DNA from: an uncultured Chloroflexia bacterium
GTDB lineage: Bacteria; Chloroflexota; Limnocylindria; Limnocylindrales; CSP1-4
Assembly: GCA_963768655.1 (NCBI GenBank)
Contig: CAVYIM010000004.1
Location: forward strand, 128,001-192,000
DNA: 64,000 bases
Reading direction: 5' to 3'
Numbering within the stretch: position 1 is the stretch's first letter; each line of letters starts with the position of its first letter. A program made the position numbers and the translations under genes. This document shows positions 1 to 10,305 of the stretch, piece after piece. The notes beneath the pieces are model-generated. The model worked only from the letters and a program-made list of their open reading frames with translations. It searched no databases and was not told the DNA's origin.

Positions 1-81
1 ACTGACCACGTCTGGTACGGCGAGTGGGGCGACGAACAGCCGGTGTACCTCGTACAGGCGGCTCTGCCCGCTACGCATTGA
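1..81 (+). CDS. 3' end of an unidentified CDS entering from the left edge
   Basis: Frame 1 reads TDHVWYGEWGDEQPVYLVQAALPATH to TGA at 79-81 with GC3-rich codons; too short to identify. Confidence 0.4.
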   Translation, partial: TDHVWYGEWGDEQPVYLVQAALPATH

Positions 82-201
82 TACCGGCGGTCCAGCGTGG
101 GCTGCACCAAGTTGGCGACCGACACCTCCCCGCGGCAAGCTTGTGATCTCGGCCTCAGGTCCCTCTCGCCCCGACCAGACTCTGCCGGAGTACGAATTCG
201 G

Positions 202-999
202 TCAGGCCGAAGGCTCGCCCGGCGCCCGCAGCAGGGCCAGCATCCGCTCGTGGAGATGGCCGTTGGAGACCAGAATTGAGGCGCCGCTGACGAAGTCCTC
301 GCTCCCATCGGCGGTGGACGCGCGACCCCCGGCTTCCTGCGCGATCAGCGCGCCCGCGGCGAAATCCCAAGGCTTCAGCCCGAACTCCCAGTACGCATCA
401 AGCCGTCCGGCGCCAACCCAGGCGGCGTCGAGGGCCGCGGAGCCGGCGCGCCGGATCCCCTGCACCTGCATGTGGATCTGCTCGAATTCCCTGAAGTTGT
501 TGCGCGGCGCGTTCCTCAAGTCGTACGTGAAGCCCGTCGCCAGCAGGGCTTCCTGAAGCGTCGTTTCTTCAGAGACGCGGATCGGGGCGCCGTTCAGGGT
601 CGCGCCCTTGCCGGCCTCGGCGGCGAACAACTCGTCTCGCATCGGGTCGTAGACGACGCCGAGGATCGGCCGACTGTCCAGCGTGAGCGCTATCGACACC
701 GCGAAGGTCGGCAGGCCGTGCGCGAAGTTGGTCGTGCCATCGAGCGGATCCACCAGCCAGCGGTAGCCACCGGAAGAGCCGTCTCCGCCGCTCGCGCCGC
801 TCTCCTCCGCCAGGACGGCGTGATCGGGAAAGCGTGCCCTCAGCGCGGTCAGGATCAACGCCTCCGATCGGCGGTCGTAGTCGGTGACAAGATCCGTGGT
901 GCCCTTGTGCTCGATGTGCGTCACGCGGCCGAAGCCGTCGCGAAGCATCGCTCCGGCCTGGCGGGCAATCTCCTGGACCAGCGTCAGCGTCTCGCTCAT
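202..999 (-). CDS. suhB: Inositol monophosphatase family protein
   Basis: Motifs DLVTDYD, EES, WLVDPLDGTTNFAHG, GSAALD, WDFAAG; start trimmed to ATG 999 (MSETLTLVQE). Confidence 0.9.
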   Translation of the reverse strand: MSETLTLVQEIARQAGAMLRDGFGRVTHIEHKGTTDLVTDYDRRSEALILTALRARFPDHAVLAEESGASGGDGSSGGYRWLVDPLDGTTNFAHGLPTFAVSIALTLDSRPILGVVYDPMRDELFAAEAGKGATLNGAPIRVSEETTLQEALLATGFTYDLRNAPRNNFREFEQIHMQVQGIRRAGSAALDAAWVGAGRLDAYWEFGLKPWDFAAGALIAQEAGGRASTADGSEDFVSGASILVSNGHLHERMLALLRAPGEPSA

Positions 1000-1022
1000 G
1001 GCCGAAGTATGCGACGCGGCGA

Positions 1023-2024
1023 CTATTCGCGGCCCATCGTCAGCACCGCGGCGCCGCGGATCGAGCCGGCGGCCAGAGCCCGAAGGGCCTCGTTGCCGGC
1101 CTCGAGCGGGAACAACTCGACCGCGGTTCGGATCGGGATCGATGCGGCAAGCTCCATGAACTGGGCCGCGTCGCGGCGAGTGACGTTGGCGACGCTGCGG
1201 AGCTGGCGCTCCCACCACAGCAGGTCGTACGGGAACTCGGGCACGCGGTCCAGGTGGATGGCGTTGACGGCGACGATGCCGCCGCGATCGACGGCGCGGA
1301 GAGCGGCGAGGACCACGTCACCCGCCGGGGCCGTGGTGATGGCCGCGTCGAGGGGCGGCGCGGGATCGTCGTAGCCGCCGACTGACGCCGCGCCGAGTTC
1401 CTCCGCCCGCTTTCGTTCGGCCTCGGAACGCGCCCGAACGTGAACCTCGCAGCCCCAATGGCGCGCCACCTGGATGCACAGCGAGGCCGAGGCGCCGAAG
1501 CCATAGAGGCCGAGCCGCCCGCCCGGCTCGATGCCGGAGACGCGTAACGCCCGGTAGCCGATGACCCCGCCACAGAGCAGGGGAGCGGCGTCGAGATCGT
1601 CGAACCCGTCGGGGATCCGGACGGCGACGTCGGCTCTCACGACCATCGCTTCGGCGAAGCCGCCGTCGCGGTCCCAGCCGGTGAAGGCCGCCGCCTCGCA
1701 CAGGTTCTCGCGCCCGCCGCGACAGAAGCGGCACGTTCCGTCTGTGCCGAAGAGCCAGTAGGCGCCCGCCCGATCGCCGATCGACCAGCCGGTCACACCC
1801 TCGCCGATGGCGGCCACGCGCCCGACCGCCTGATGACCGGGCACGATCGGCAGCCGCCTGGCCGCCAGGTCGCCCTCGGCCAGCTGGAGATCGGTTCGGC
1901 AGACCGCACACGCCGCCACGCGCAGCAGCAGCTCGCCCGGCCCGGGCACGGGCTCATCCCGTTGGGTCAGACGAAGCGGGCCTTCGGCCACCGGTCCTGG
2001 CCGCTGGATCTCGAGCGCACGCAC
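1023..2024 (-). CDS. Zinc-dependent alcohol dehydrogenase family protein
   Basis: CRTD, PGHQAVG, CxxC...ENLC, APLLCGG and GLYGFGASA motifs. Confidence 0.9.
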   Translation of the reverse strand: MRALEIQRPGPVAEGPLRLTQRDEPVPGPGELLLRVAACAVCRTDLQLAEGDLAARRLPIVPGHQAVGRVAAIGEGVTGWSIGDRAGAYWLFGTDGTCRFCRGGRENLCEAAAFTGWDRDGGFAEAMVVRADVAVRIPDGFDDLDAAPLLCGGVIGYRALRVSGIEPGGRLGLYGFGASASLCIQVARHWGCEVHVRARSEAERKRAEELGAASVGGYDDPAPPLDAAITTAPAGDVVLAALRAVDRGGIVAVNAIHLDRVPEFPYDLLWWERQLRSVANVTRRDAAQFMELAASIPIRTAVELFPLEAGNEALRALAAGSIRGAAVLTMGRE

Positions 2025-2063
2025 GGCGCCAGGGTACCGCGCGCCGGCGTGCCCGCGCCTTTC

Positions 2064-2120
2064 TTGACAGTTCTACGTCGTAGAGCTAGTGTTCTACACC
2101 GTAGAGGTCTACGATGTAGA
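2064..2120 (+). promoter_or_regulatory. Sigma70-type promoter with three TCTAC-N3-GTAGA operator palindromes
   Basis: TTGACA 2064-2069, 17 bp spacer, TAGTGT 2087-2092; palindromes at 2072-2084, 2093-2105 and 2108-2120. Confidence 0.8.
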
Positions 2121-2133
2121 GGTGCACACCAAG

Positions 2134-3087
2134 ATGCTGGAGATCAGCGGCCTGAAGAAGGCCTACGGAGACAACGAGGTCCTGCGGGGCGTGGATCTCG
2201 AAGCGCGGGCAGGCGAGATCGTCGGGCTGCTCGGGCCCAACGGCGCGGGCAAGACCACGCTCGTCTCGATCGTCGCGGGCCTGCGTCGGGCGGACGCGGG
2301 CGCGGCCAGGGTGGACGGCATCGACGCCCTGGCCCATCCGGAGAGGGCGCGAGAAGTGCTCGGGCTGGCGCCACAGGAGCTGGGCATCTACCCGGTGCTT
2401 TCGGTCGAACGGAACCTGGCCTTCTTCGCCGAGCTGGCCGGGCTGACCGGTCGAAAGCTGCGCGCGCGGGTCGCCGATGTCGCCGATGCGCTCGACCTGA
2501 CCAAGCTGCTGGGCCAGCGGGCGTCGACGCTCTCCGGCGGCCAGAAGCGGCGGCTCCACACGGCCATGGCTCTCGTCCACGAGCCGAAGGTTCTCTTCCT
2601 CGACGAGCCGACCGTCGGCGCCGACGTCAAGACGCGCACGCAGATCCTGGCGGTCGTCAGGCAACGGGCCGAGGCCGGGTGCGCGATCGTCTACACGTCG
2701 CACTACCTGCCCGAGATCGAGGACCTGGGCGCCACGGTGGCGGTGCTCGAAGCCGGCCTGATCGTTGCCCGCGGGCCGCTGGCCGATCTCGTCGCGGAGC
2801 ACGGCAGCCCCGCGTTGAGGCTCACGTTCGAAGGCCCCGCCCCCGCGCTCGAAGGCTTCGAGGTCGCCGGCTCAGTCGCCACCCTTCGGACGCCCGATCC
2901 GGCGCATGCGGCGGCCGGGATCCTGGGCCGCCTCAACGGCTCGACAGAGAGACTCCGCAGCGTGGACATCGTTCGGCCCAGCCTCGAGGCCGCTTACCTG
3001 GCGCTCACCGGGCGCCGCTCAAACGACGAAACCGCCGCGGGTACCGCCCGCGACACCGAAAGGGTCATCGATGAGCTGGTCGCGTAG
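2134..3087 (+). CDS. ABC transporter ATP-binding protein (drug exporter type)
   Basis: Walker A GPNGAGKT, signature LSGGQ, Walker B LFLDEPT, H-loop TSHY; start trimmed to ATG 2134. Confidence 0.92.
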   Translation: MLEISGLKKAYGDNEVLRGVDLEARAGEIVGLLGPNGAGKTTLVSIVAGLRRADAGAARVDGIDALAHPERAREVLGLAPQELGIYPVLSVERNLAFFAELAGLTGRKLRARVADVADALDLTKLLGQRASTLSGGQKRRLHTAMALVHEPKVLFLDEPTVGADVKTRTQILAVVRQRAEAGCAIVYTSHYLPEIEDLGATVAVLEAGLIVARGPLADLVAEHGSPALRLTFEGPAPALEGFEVAGSVATLRTPDPAHAAAGILGRLNGSTERLRSVDIVRPSLEAAYLALTGRRSNDETAAGTARDTERVIDELVA

Positions 3088-3844
3088 CCGGGTCTTGATG
3101 CGGCACAACTGGGCGTTGCTGATGGCCGATCCCGGCCCGATCGTCATTCTCACGGCGATGCCGATCGTGATGATGACCTTCCTGCAGGGCACGAGCCGAG
3201 CGGTCCTGCTCGGGGCCGGTTACGCCGACGCCAGCGGGTCGGAGCTGATCGTGCCGGGAATGACGGTGATGTTTGCCTTCTTCGGCGTGGGGTTCATCGG
3301 CACGGCCTTCTTCTCCGAGCACGGCTGGGGGACGTGGGATCGACTGCGGGCCAGCCGCGCGACCACGATGGAGATCGTGCTCGGCAAGATCCTGCCCTCG
3401 GCCGTGCTGATGCTCGGGCAGCTGATCGTCCTGTTCGGCGTCGGCATCGTCGCCTTCGGCATGCGCATCAACGGCTCAATCGCGGGGGTCGGCGTGATGA
3501 TGATCGCCTGCGTGGCAGTTCTCGTCGCCTTCTCCATGCTGCTCACGGCGGTCCTGCGGACGGCTAACCAGCTGATGGCGGTCGTGAACCTGGCGGCGAT
3601 GGTCCTGACCGGCATCGGCGGGGCGATCGCACCGGTAGACCTCCTGCCCGGTTGGGCCCAGGTCCTGGCTCCGCTGAGCCCGGCCTACTGGATGCTCAAG
3701 GGCTTTCGCGCGGTGATCCTGGAGAAGGGCGGCCTGGACGCTACCATCGTTCCTGCGGCGGTGACGCTGGCCTTCGCCGCGGGGCTGGCCGCCATCGCCG
3801 CCTGGCGGTTCTCGGTCACCGACGAGAAGGTCTGGGAGGGCTGA
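3071..3844 (+). CDS. ABC-2 type transporter permease
   Basis: About six hydrophobic segments, E..WGTWDRL and LPGW..LSP motifs; overlaps the ATPase stop. Confidence 0.88.
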   Translation: MSWSRSRVLMRHNWALLMADPGPIVILTAMPIVMMTFLQGTSRAVLLGAGYADASGSELIVPGMTVMFAFFGVGFIGTAFFSEHGWGTWDRLRASRATTMEIVLGKILPSAVLMLGQLIVLFGVGIVAFGMRINGSIAGVGVMMIACVAVLVAFSMLLTAVLRTANQLMAVVNLAAMVLTGIGGAIAPVDLLPGWAQVLAPLSPAYWMLKGFRAVILEKGGLDATIVPAAVTLAFAAGLAAIAAWRFSVTDEKVWEG

Positions 3845-4554
3845 TGGCGAGACGGACGAGTGAGTCCGGCACGACGACGCAAGACCCCGGGTCGCGGCGC
3901 GAACACCTCACGAGGAAGCGCGTAGTTGCTGCCGCCCTGGCCATCGTCGATCGCGACGGGCTGGACGGGCTGACGATGCGCTCCCTGGGCCGTGAGCTCC
4001 GCGTCGATCCGATGGCCGCCTACCACTGGTTCCCGAACAAGCCCGCGATCCTCCAGGGCGTCGCCGAGGCGATCCTGTCGGAGATCGCGGTGCCCGCGCT
4101 TGACGCCGGCGTGCCATGGCAGCAGATCGCGATGGGGATGGGCCACGAGTACCGCGCGGCACTTCTGCGCCACCCCAACGCCCTTCCGGTCGCCTCGACC
4201 CAGCCGGTTCTGACGCCGCGGGGCTTCGAGCTGATCGAGTGGGCCGCGGCGGCGCTGGTCGGCAGCGGGCTGACGCCGGGTGCCGCCCTGGAGGCCATCA
4301 ACACCGTCGCCGCTTTCGTGATCGGGACCGCCCTGGTCGACGTCGGCGTCACGCCCGGGAGCGAGCCCATCGAGGACGAGACGATCTCGAACGCCTACTC
4401 GAACATCGATGTCGAGCGGTTTCCGACACTGGCCGCGGCGATGGGCGAGGCAATGGCCCTGCTCGCCGACGACGAGGCCCAGTTCGAGACGGCCCTGGAC
4501 GCTCTCGTGCGCGGCCTCGATGCCAGCCTCCGGGAGCGTGGGCTGCTAGGCTGA
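3844..4554 (+). CDS. TetR/AcrR family regulator with TetR_C-type C-terminal domain
   Basis: N-terminal HTH LTRKRVVAAAL...GLDGLTMRSLGRELRVDPMAAYHWFPNK; TGATG overlap with the permease stop. Confidence 0.9.
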   Translation: MARRTSESGTTTQDPGSRREHLTRKRVVAAALAIVDRDGLDGLTMRSLGRELRVDPMAAYHWFPNKPAILQGVAEAILSEIAVPALDAGVPWQQIAMGMGHEYRAALLRHPNALPVASTQPVLTPRGFELIEWAAAALVGSGLTPGAALEAINTVAAFVIGTALVDVGVTPGSEPIEDETISNAYSNIDVERFPTLAAAMGEAMALLADDEAQFETALDALVRGLDASLRERGLLG

Positions 4555-4578
4555 GGCCCCCCACACGAAAGGAAGGGC

Positions 4579-5502
4579 ATGGGCTGGAAGGCGAGCGACA
4601 TCCCCGATCAATCGGGCAGGACGGCGGTCGTAACTGGAGGCAATAGCGGCCTGGGGCTGGCGACGGTGAGCCATCTCGCGGCTCACGGCGCCCACGTCGT
4701 CGTCGGTGCGCGAAACCTGGACAGGGCGGAGGACGCCCGAAAGACCGTCGAGGCGGCAGTGCCGGGCGCGTCGCTCGAGATTAGCAAGCTCGACCTGGGC
4801 TCGCTCGCCTCGATCGCCGAGTTCGCCGCCGCGGTGAGCGCGGCCCATCCCAGGATCGATCTGCTCTTCAACAACGCCGGGCTGATGGCCGTGCCCGAAG
4901 GCACGACGGCCGACGGGTTCGAGACGCAGTTCGGGACGAACCACCTGGGGCACTTCGCCCTGACGATGCGGTTGCTGCCCGCACTTCTGGCCGCGCCTGC
5001 CGCGCGCGTCGTCGGCACGACTTCGCTCTACCGCTTCTCCGCCGGCAAGTACGACCTGACGAACCCGCACATGCACGGCTGCTACAAGCCCTGGGTCGCC
5101 TACGGGATTTCGAAGCGCGCCTGCCTCCAGTTCGCCCTGGAGCTCAACCGCCGGCTCGCCGGCCGGAGCGTGACCGCCTACGCCGCGGACCCCGGCTTCT
5201 CGAAGACCAATCTCCAGTCCACCAGCGCGAAAGCAAGCAACGGCCTGCAGCAGCGGTTCTGGGTCGTCGCCGCTCCGCTGGCCGCTCAGCGTGCCGCCGA
5301 TGGGGCGTTGTGCCAGCTTCGGGCCGGCACCGATCCAGCCGCGGTCGGAGGCTCGCTGTATGCGCCGCGCTGGTTGTCCTTCGGCGCGCCGGTGGTGCGC
5401 AAGGTCGGCTCGAAGATCGATGACCCGGTGCAGCTCGCCGCGCTGTGGGAACTCTCCGAGCGCGAGACCGGGCTGTCGCTGCAGGCCGCGCTGGCTTATT
5501 GA
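4579..5502 (+). CDS. Short-chain dehydrogenase/reductase
   Basis: TGGNSGLG, NNAG, GFETQFGTNHLGHF and YxxSK motifs. Confidence 0.9.
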   Translation: MGWKASDIPDQSGRTAVVTGGNSGLGLATVSHLAAHGAHVVVGARNLDRAEDARKTVEAAVPGASLEISKLDLGSLASIAEFAAAVSAAHPRIDLLFNNAGLMAVPEGTTADGFETQFGTNHLGHFALTMRLLPALLAAPAARVVGTTSLYRFSAGKYDLTNPHMHGCYKPWVAYGISKRACLQFALELNRRLAGRSVTAYAADPGFSKTNLQSTSAKASNGLQQRFWVVAAPLAAQRAADGALCQLRAGTDPAAVGGSLYAPRWLSFGAPVVRKVGSKIDDPVQLAALWELSERETGLSLQAALAY

Positions 5503-5530
5503 TCGGCGCCCGACAGGCGATCGGACGCCG

Positions 5531-7156
5531 CTACGCTCCGAGGACCTCGCCGGGGCGAGGCAGACCCGGCAGGCATGTCACGTGCCGGTTGCCGCCGCCC
5601 CGCTTGGCGAGATACATGGCGTAGTCTGCTGCCCTCACCAGCGTATCCGCGTCGCCGCCGTTGTCCGGGTAGAAGCTGACGCCGATGCTGATGGTGGCCT
5701 TCACCCTCTGTCTCTGCAGGGCGAAGGGCCGGGCAATCGCGTGCAGGACCTTGAGGGCGACCGTGTCCGCGTCCGAGACCTGGTGGACCGTTTCGAGGAT
5801 GATCACGAACTCGTCGCCGCCGATGCGGGCGACCGTGTCGCTCTGGCGCACGCTCCTGGTGAGCCTGAGCGCGATGGCGCGCAGCAGGAGATCGCCGAAC
5901 TCGTGTCCGTGGGTGTCGTTGAAGTCCTTGAAGCGATCCACGTCCATGAACAGGACGGCGAACGCGGTGTTCGATCGTCGGGCCCGCGACAGGAGCTGAC
6001 TGAGCCGGTCCTCCATCAGGAAGCGGTTGGGCAGGTTGGTGAGTGTGTCGTGGGTGGCCAGGTGCTGCAGGGCGACCTCGGTCTGCCGCATCTCGTTGAT
6101 CTCGCGCGTGATGCCAACGAGCCCGATCACTTTCCCGGCTTCGTCATGGAGCGGTAGCTTGGTGGTCAGCGTCCAGTTCGTCCGGCCGTTGTCGAGCAGT
6201 CGGCTCTCGACCTCGCCGACGATGGGGCGGTCCGTCTCCATGATCCGCTCGTCGTCGCGCCGGGTCGCCAGTCCGAAAGCCTCTCCAAACAGATCGACGT
6301 CCGTCTTGCCGACCAGCTCGGCCGGATCCGCGAAGCCCAGGTCTTGAGCCATCTTTCGACTGACGCGCAGCAGACGGTACTGCCGGTCCTTGAAGTAGAT
6401 GCTGTCCGCGGTGCTCTCCATCAGGGCATGGAATAAGAACACATCGTTCGGCAGCTTGGGAAGTGACATGCTCGCTGTCCTCTGGGTGCTCATCCGCTGG
6501 CCTGTATCTGGTTTCGGCGATCGAGCGGTGAGAGTCAAGTCGCGGCGTCGGCCCGACGCCGGGCCGAGCTCGGATGCGGGCCGGACTCCCTCCAGGGCGA
6601 GCAGCCTGCGCTTGATGGCGAGAGCGGTCTGGCGGTCGGCGTAGTTCGAGCCGCCGTATCCGCCGAGCGTGCCGTCTCCGGCGATGACCCGATGGCAGGG
6701 GATCAAGAGCGGCACCGGGTTGCGGCCCATCGCGCCACCCACTGCCTGTGCCGCGCCCGGCCGGCCGATGCGTCGGGCCAGCTCGCCGTAGCCGACCGTC
6801 TCGCCGTACTGGAGTCGCGCCGCGCCGTCGAGGACGAGCCGGTCCCAGTTCGAGACGCGCAGGTCGATCGGCACCTCGAACCTCCGGCGTTTGCCGGCGA
6901 ACCACTCGCCGATCTGCCGCGTAGCCGCGCCCAGCGTGGCGCGCCACTCGGCGGGCACGTCGCCGTCCTCCGCGGGGAGCACGCGGCCGTGGAGCCGGCG
7001 CGTCAGGCCGTCGACGAAATCGGGCGTTTCGGAGTCCAGGTCCACGGCCACGATCCCGGACGCGGTCGCGGCCACGTGGAGCTGGCCCCAGGGCGCCGGG
7101 CACGTGGTGAAGGCGGCGGCCGGGCCGGCGACGCGGCCGGCGGTAGACGTGGTCAC
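5531..7156 (-). CDS. Methylated-DNA-protein-cysteine methyltransferase (Ogt) in frame with a PAS-GGDEF diguanylate cyclase; either a fusion or two genes with an internal start at 6493
   Basis: [25 protein letters not shown] is followed without a stop by PAS (IYFKD...ELVGKTD) and GGDEF ([27 protein letters not shown]). Confidence 0.75.
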   Translation of the reverse strand: MTTSTAGRVAGPAAAFTTCPAPWGQLHVAATASGIVAVDLDSETPDFVDGLTRRLHGRVLPAEDGDVPAEWRATLGAATRQIGEWFAGKRRRFEVPIDLRVSNWDRLVLDGAARLQYGETVGYGELARRIGRPGAAQAVGGAMGRNPVPLLIPCHRVIAGDGTLGGYGGSNYADRQTALAIKRRLLALEGVRPASELGPASGRRRDLTLTARSPKPDTGQRMSTQRTASMSLPKLPNDVFLFHALMESTADSIYFKDRQYRLLRVSRKMAQDLGFADPAELVGKTDVDLFGEAFGLATRRDDERIMETDRPIVGEVESRLLDNGRTNWTLTTKLPLHDEAGKVIGLVGITREINEMRQTEVALQHLATHDTLTNLPNRFLMEDRLSQLLSRARRSNTAFAVLFMDVDRFKDFNDTHGHEFGDLLLRAIALRLTRSVRQSDTVARIGGDEFVIILETVHQVSDADTVALKVLHAIARPFALQRQRVKATISIGVSFYPDNGGDADTLVRAADYAMYLAKRGGGNRHVTCLPGLPRPGEVLGA

Positions 7157-7211
7157 GGCGGATAGTCTGATACCGGAGCGGCAACGGCGGAAGGGCCTGG
7201 CTGACGGCTCG

Positions 7212-7252
7212 TTGCCCGATGCAGACGGCGGGCCTATACTCCCGGGGAGTAT
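7212..7252 (+). promoter_or_regulatory. copA promoter with CsoR-like palindromic operator
   Basis: TTGCCC 7212-7217, 17 bp spacer, TATACT 7235-7240; perfect inverted repeat ATACTCCC-G-GGGAGTAT at 7236-7252. Confidence 0.7.
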
Positions 7253-9614
7253 GTCGGTCATCGGAACAACCGCCCCCACCTCCGCTTCTGCCCCGGTCGC
7301 GCCCACCGTCGCGCCGGTGGCCGAGATCCAGCTCCCGATCGAGGGCATTAGCTGCGCCTCGTGCGTCAACCGGATCGAGCGCTACCTGCGCAAGACGCCT
7401 GGCATCGCCGAGGCCAACGTCAATCTCGCGACCGAAGTCGCGACGGTGCGCTACCTGCCGGAGATCGCCGGGCTCGACGAGATATCACGGGCCATCGAAG
7501 CGGCCGGGTACGAGATTCGACACCTGCCCGAACCGGCGGCCGGCGGTGCCCGTGCGAGCCTGCTTGACGAGGCGGACGCAGAGGCGGCGGTTCGAGCGCG
7601 CGAGCAGCGAACGCTGGGCCTGACCGCGGCCGCGTCGCTCGTCGTGGCGGCGCTGACGATGCTGGTCATGTACCTGCCCAACGCGCCCTGGACGATGGAA
7701 CAGGCCGCGTGGCTGCTCATCGGCCCCGCCACGGCCGTCCAGTTCCTGGCCGGCCGCCGCTTCTACCGTGCGGCCCTGCGGGCGGCCCGTCACGGAACGA
7801 CGAGCATGGACACGCTCGTCGTCGTCGGCACCAGCGCGGCGTGGGCGTTCAGCGTGCTGGTGACAGTGGCTCCCGGCGTGCTCCGCTCCGCCGGCATCGA
7901 GCCGCAGACCTACTTCGACAGCTCGACCGCCATCATCGGGCTCATCCTGACGGGCCGCTGGCTGGAGGCCCGGGCGAAAGGCCAGACGCTCGGCGCGGTC
8001 AAGGCGCTGATCGGGCTTCAGGCCCGCTCGGCTCGAATCGTTCGGAGCGGCGCCGAGTTGGACGTGCCGCTCGAGGACGTGCGCGTCGGAGATCTCGTGC
8101 GCGTGCGCCCGGGCGAACGCGTGCCCGTCGACGGCCGCGTCGTGGACGGCGCCTCCGCGGTCGACGAGTCGATGCTCACCGGCGAGCCGATCCCGGCCGA
8201 GAAGGTGTCCGGCTCCGAGGTGATCGGCGGGACCATGAACGGCCGCGGGACCTTCCTGTTCCGGGCCACGCGGGTCGGCCGCGACACCGCCCTGGCGCAG
8301 ATCGTGGACCTCGTTCGCCGGGCCCAGGGGTCCAAGGCGCACATCCAGGGGCTGGCCGATCGGATCGCGGCCGTGTTCGTGCCCTTCGTGCTGGCCGTGG
8401 GCGCAGCCACCTTCGGGCTGTGGTTCGTTCTTGGCCCCGAGCCCCGTCCCACGCACGCCCTGGTGGCGTTCATCACGGTCGTCGTGATCGCCTGCCCGTG
8501 CGCCATGGGGCTGGCCACGCCGACGGCGATCATGGTCGGGACCGGCAACGGCGCCGAGGCCGGCATCCTGATTCGGGGCGGCGAGGCGCTCGAGCTGGCG
8601 GCCCGGATCGACGCGGTCGTCTTCGACAAGACGGGCACACTGACGCGCGGCCGGCCTTCGCTCGACTCGGTCGTGGTCGCGCCGGGCTTCGGCGCCGACG
8701 AGGTCCTGGATCTTGCGGCATCGCTGGAGCGGGGGAGCGAGCATCCGCTGGCGGCGGCCATCCTCGCGGCCGCCGGCTCGCGCGACCTCGGCCGGCGCCC
8801 CGTCGAGGACTTCGAGGCGGTCGCCGGGCGCGGGGTGCGTGGCCTGGTGGATGGTCGCCTGGTGCTCGTCGGCACGGCGGCGTTCCTCGCGGCCGAAGGG
8901 GTCGAACTCGGCGAGCTCGGCGGGCTCGCATCGGCGGCCGACCTGCCCGCGGCCGTTTCGTACGTGGCGGTTGACGGTCGAGCAGCCGGCCTGCTGCCCA
9001 CCATCGACGAGATCAAGCTCGAGGCAGAACCGGCCGTGCGCGAGCTCCAGGCTTTCGGGATCGAGGTCTGGCTCGTCACCGGCGACCAGGCTCTTACCGC
9101 CCGAGCCGTCGCGGCTGCCGTCGGCATCCCGGACGAGCGCGTCATGGCCGAGATCCTGCCGGCCGGAAAGGCGGCCGCCGTGGCTTCGCTGCAGGCCCGT
9201 GGGTTGCGAGTTGCCATGGTCGGCGACGGCATCAACGACGCCCCGGCGCTCGCCCAGGCGGACGTCGGGATCGCCATCGGCACCGGGGCGGACGTGGCCC
9301 TGGAGGCGTCCGACATAACGCTCGTCGGCGGCGATCCGCGGAGCGTGGCGGCGGCGATCCGGCTCTCCCGCCAGACGCTGCGGGTGATCCGCCAGAACCT
9401 GGCCTGGGCGTTCGGCTACAACGTCGTCCTCATCCCCGTGGCCATGGGCGCGCTCTACCCCTTCGCCGGCATCACCCTCGACCCGGCGCTGGCAGCCGGA
9501 GCGATGGCCCTCTCATCGGTCAGCGTGGTGACGAACTCGCTTCGGCTGCGGCGCTCGACGAAGGGCCGGAGCCGCCGGGCCAGGCCGGACGGCGTCGCGG
9601 TGACCGTGCTCTAG
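7251..9614 (+). CDS. copA: Copper-translocating P1B-type ATPase
   Basis: HMA domain [30 protein letters not shown] and MALSS motifs typical of Cu+ P1B-1 pumps. Confidence 0.93.
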   Translation: MSVIGTTAPTSASAPVAPTVAPVAEIQLPIEGISCASCVNRIERYLRKTPGIAEANVNLATEVATVRYLPEIAGLDEISRAIEAAGYEIRHLPEPAAGGARASLLDEADAEAAVRAREQRTLGLTAAASLVVAALTMLVMYLPNAPWTMEQAAWLLIGPATAVQFLAGRRFYRAALRAARHGTTSMDTLVVVGTSAAWAFSVLVTVAPGVLRSAGIEPQTYFDSSTAIIGLILTGRWLEARAKGQTLGAVKALIGLQARSARIVRSGAELDVPLEDVRVGDLVRVRPGERVPVDGRVVDGASAVDESMLTGEPIPAEKVSGSEVIGGTMNGRGTFLFRATRVGRDTALAQIVDLVRRAQGSKAHIQGLADRIAAVFVPFVLAVGAATFGLWFVLGPEPRPTHALVAFITVVVIACPCAMGLATPTAIMVGTGNGAEAGILIRGGEALELAARIDAVVFDKTGTLTRGRPSLDSVVVAPGFGADEVLDLAASLERGSEHPLAAAILAAAGSRDLGRRPVEDFEAVAGRGVRGLVDGRLVLVGTAAFLAAEGVELGELGGLASAADLPAAVSYVAVDGRAAGLLPTIDEIKLEAEPAVRELQAFGIEVWLVTGDQALTARAVAAAVGIPDERVMAEILPAGKAAAVASLQARGLRVAMVGDGINDAPALAQADVGIAIGTGADVALEASDITLVGGDPRSVAAAIRLSRQTLRVIRQNLAWAFGYNVVLIPVAMGALYPFAGITLDPALAAGAMALSSVSVVTNSLRLRRSTKGRSRRARPDGVAVTVL

Positions 9615-10120
9615 CCGACGTACGGGCCGATCAGCGCCAGGGCGAGGGCCACGACCGCTCCCGCCAGCACGGCTCGCAGCCCGGAGGAGTGGCCGAAGCC
9701 GAGCTCGGATGCGACGGGCCCGACCATGATCGCCGTCACCGCGACCGGGATGGCGAGGACTGCCGCGACGACGCCGAGAGGCAGGCTGCGCGAAAGCATG
9801 TGGACGACGATCTGCTGGCGCGAGACGAACGAGACGGCCATCAGCAGGTCGGCGGCAACCAGGAATCCGGCGACGGCGCCGAGGATGGCCTCCGTCCTGG
9901 TCGCGGCGAGGAAGACCGGCACGCCGACCGCCAGGACCCCCAGGGAGAGCAACGCGGGAACGAGGATCAGAGAGCCGTCGATTCCCTGCGGCAACGCAAC
10001 GCGTGGCTCAGGCCGCCCGAGTCGAAAGGCGAGCAGAGTCCCGCCCGACAGAAGCGCCCCAATGGCGCCGGCCTCGAATCCGCGGCGTAGCCAGGGCGGG
10101 AGAAATCGGCGGCGCTCCAC
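9611..10120 (-). CDS. Hypothetical membrane protein
   Basis: 169 aa with about five hydrophobic segments; no family recognised. Confidence 0.6.
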   Translation of the reverse strand: MERRRFLPPWLRRGFEAGAIGALLSGGTLLAFRLGRPEPRVALPQGIDGSLILVPALLSLGVLAVGVPVFLAATRTEAILGAVAGFLVAADLLMAVSFVSRQQIVVHMLSRSLPLGVVAAVLAIPVAVTAIMVGPVASELGFGHSSGLRAVLAGAVVALALALIGPYVG

Positions 10121-10305
10121 GCGGCCATCCTACACGGTCCGGCTCGCCGGTCAGCCGACGCGACCCGGCGTTGGCTCCTCCGCTTCTTGCTCACGCACGT
10201 TCAGGTGCGCTCGCTGCGGTGCGCGGCCCGCCCAGGACTGCGTCCGGCGGCCCGGCGCCGGGACCCCTCCGGGCTCCGCCGGGCCGGCCGGCGCCGAGTG
10301 CGTCC

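Noticed and set aside
6891-7369. Overlapping N-terminal extensions of copA (from 6891) and ogt (from 7369)
   Set aside because: They are mutual antisense read-through in GC-rich DNA; a promoter and operator lie at 7212-7252 between the trimmed starts
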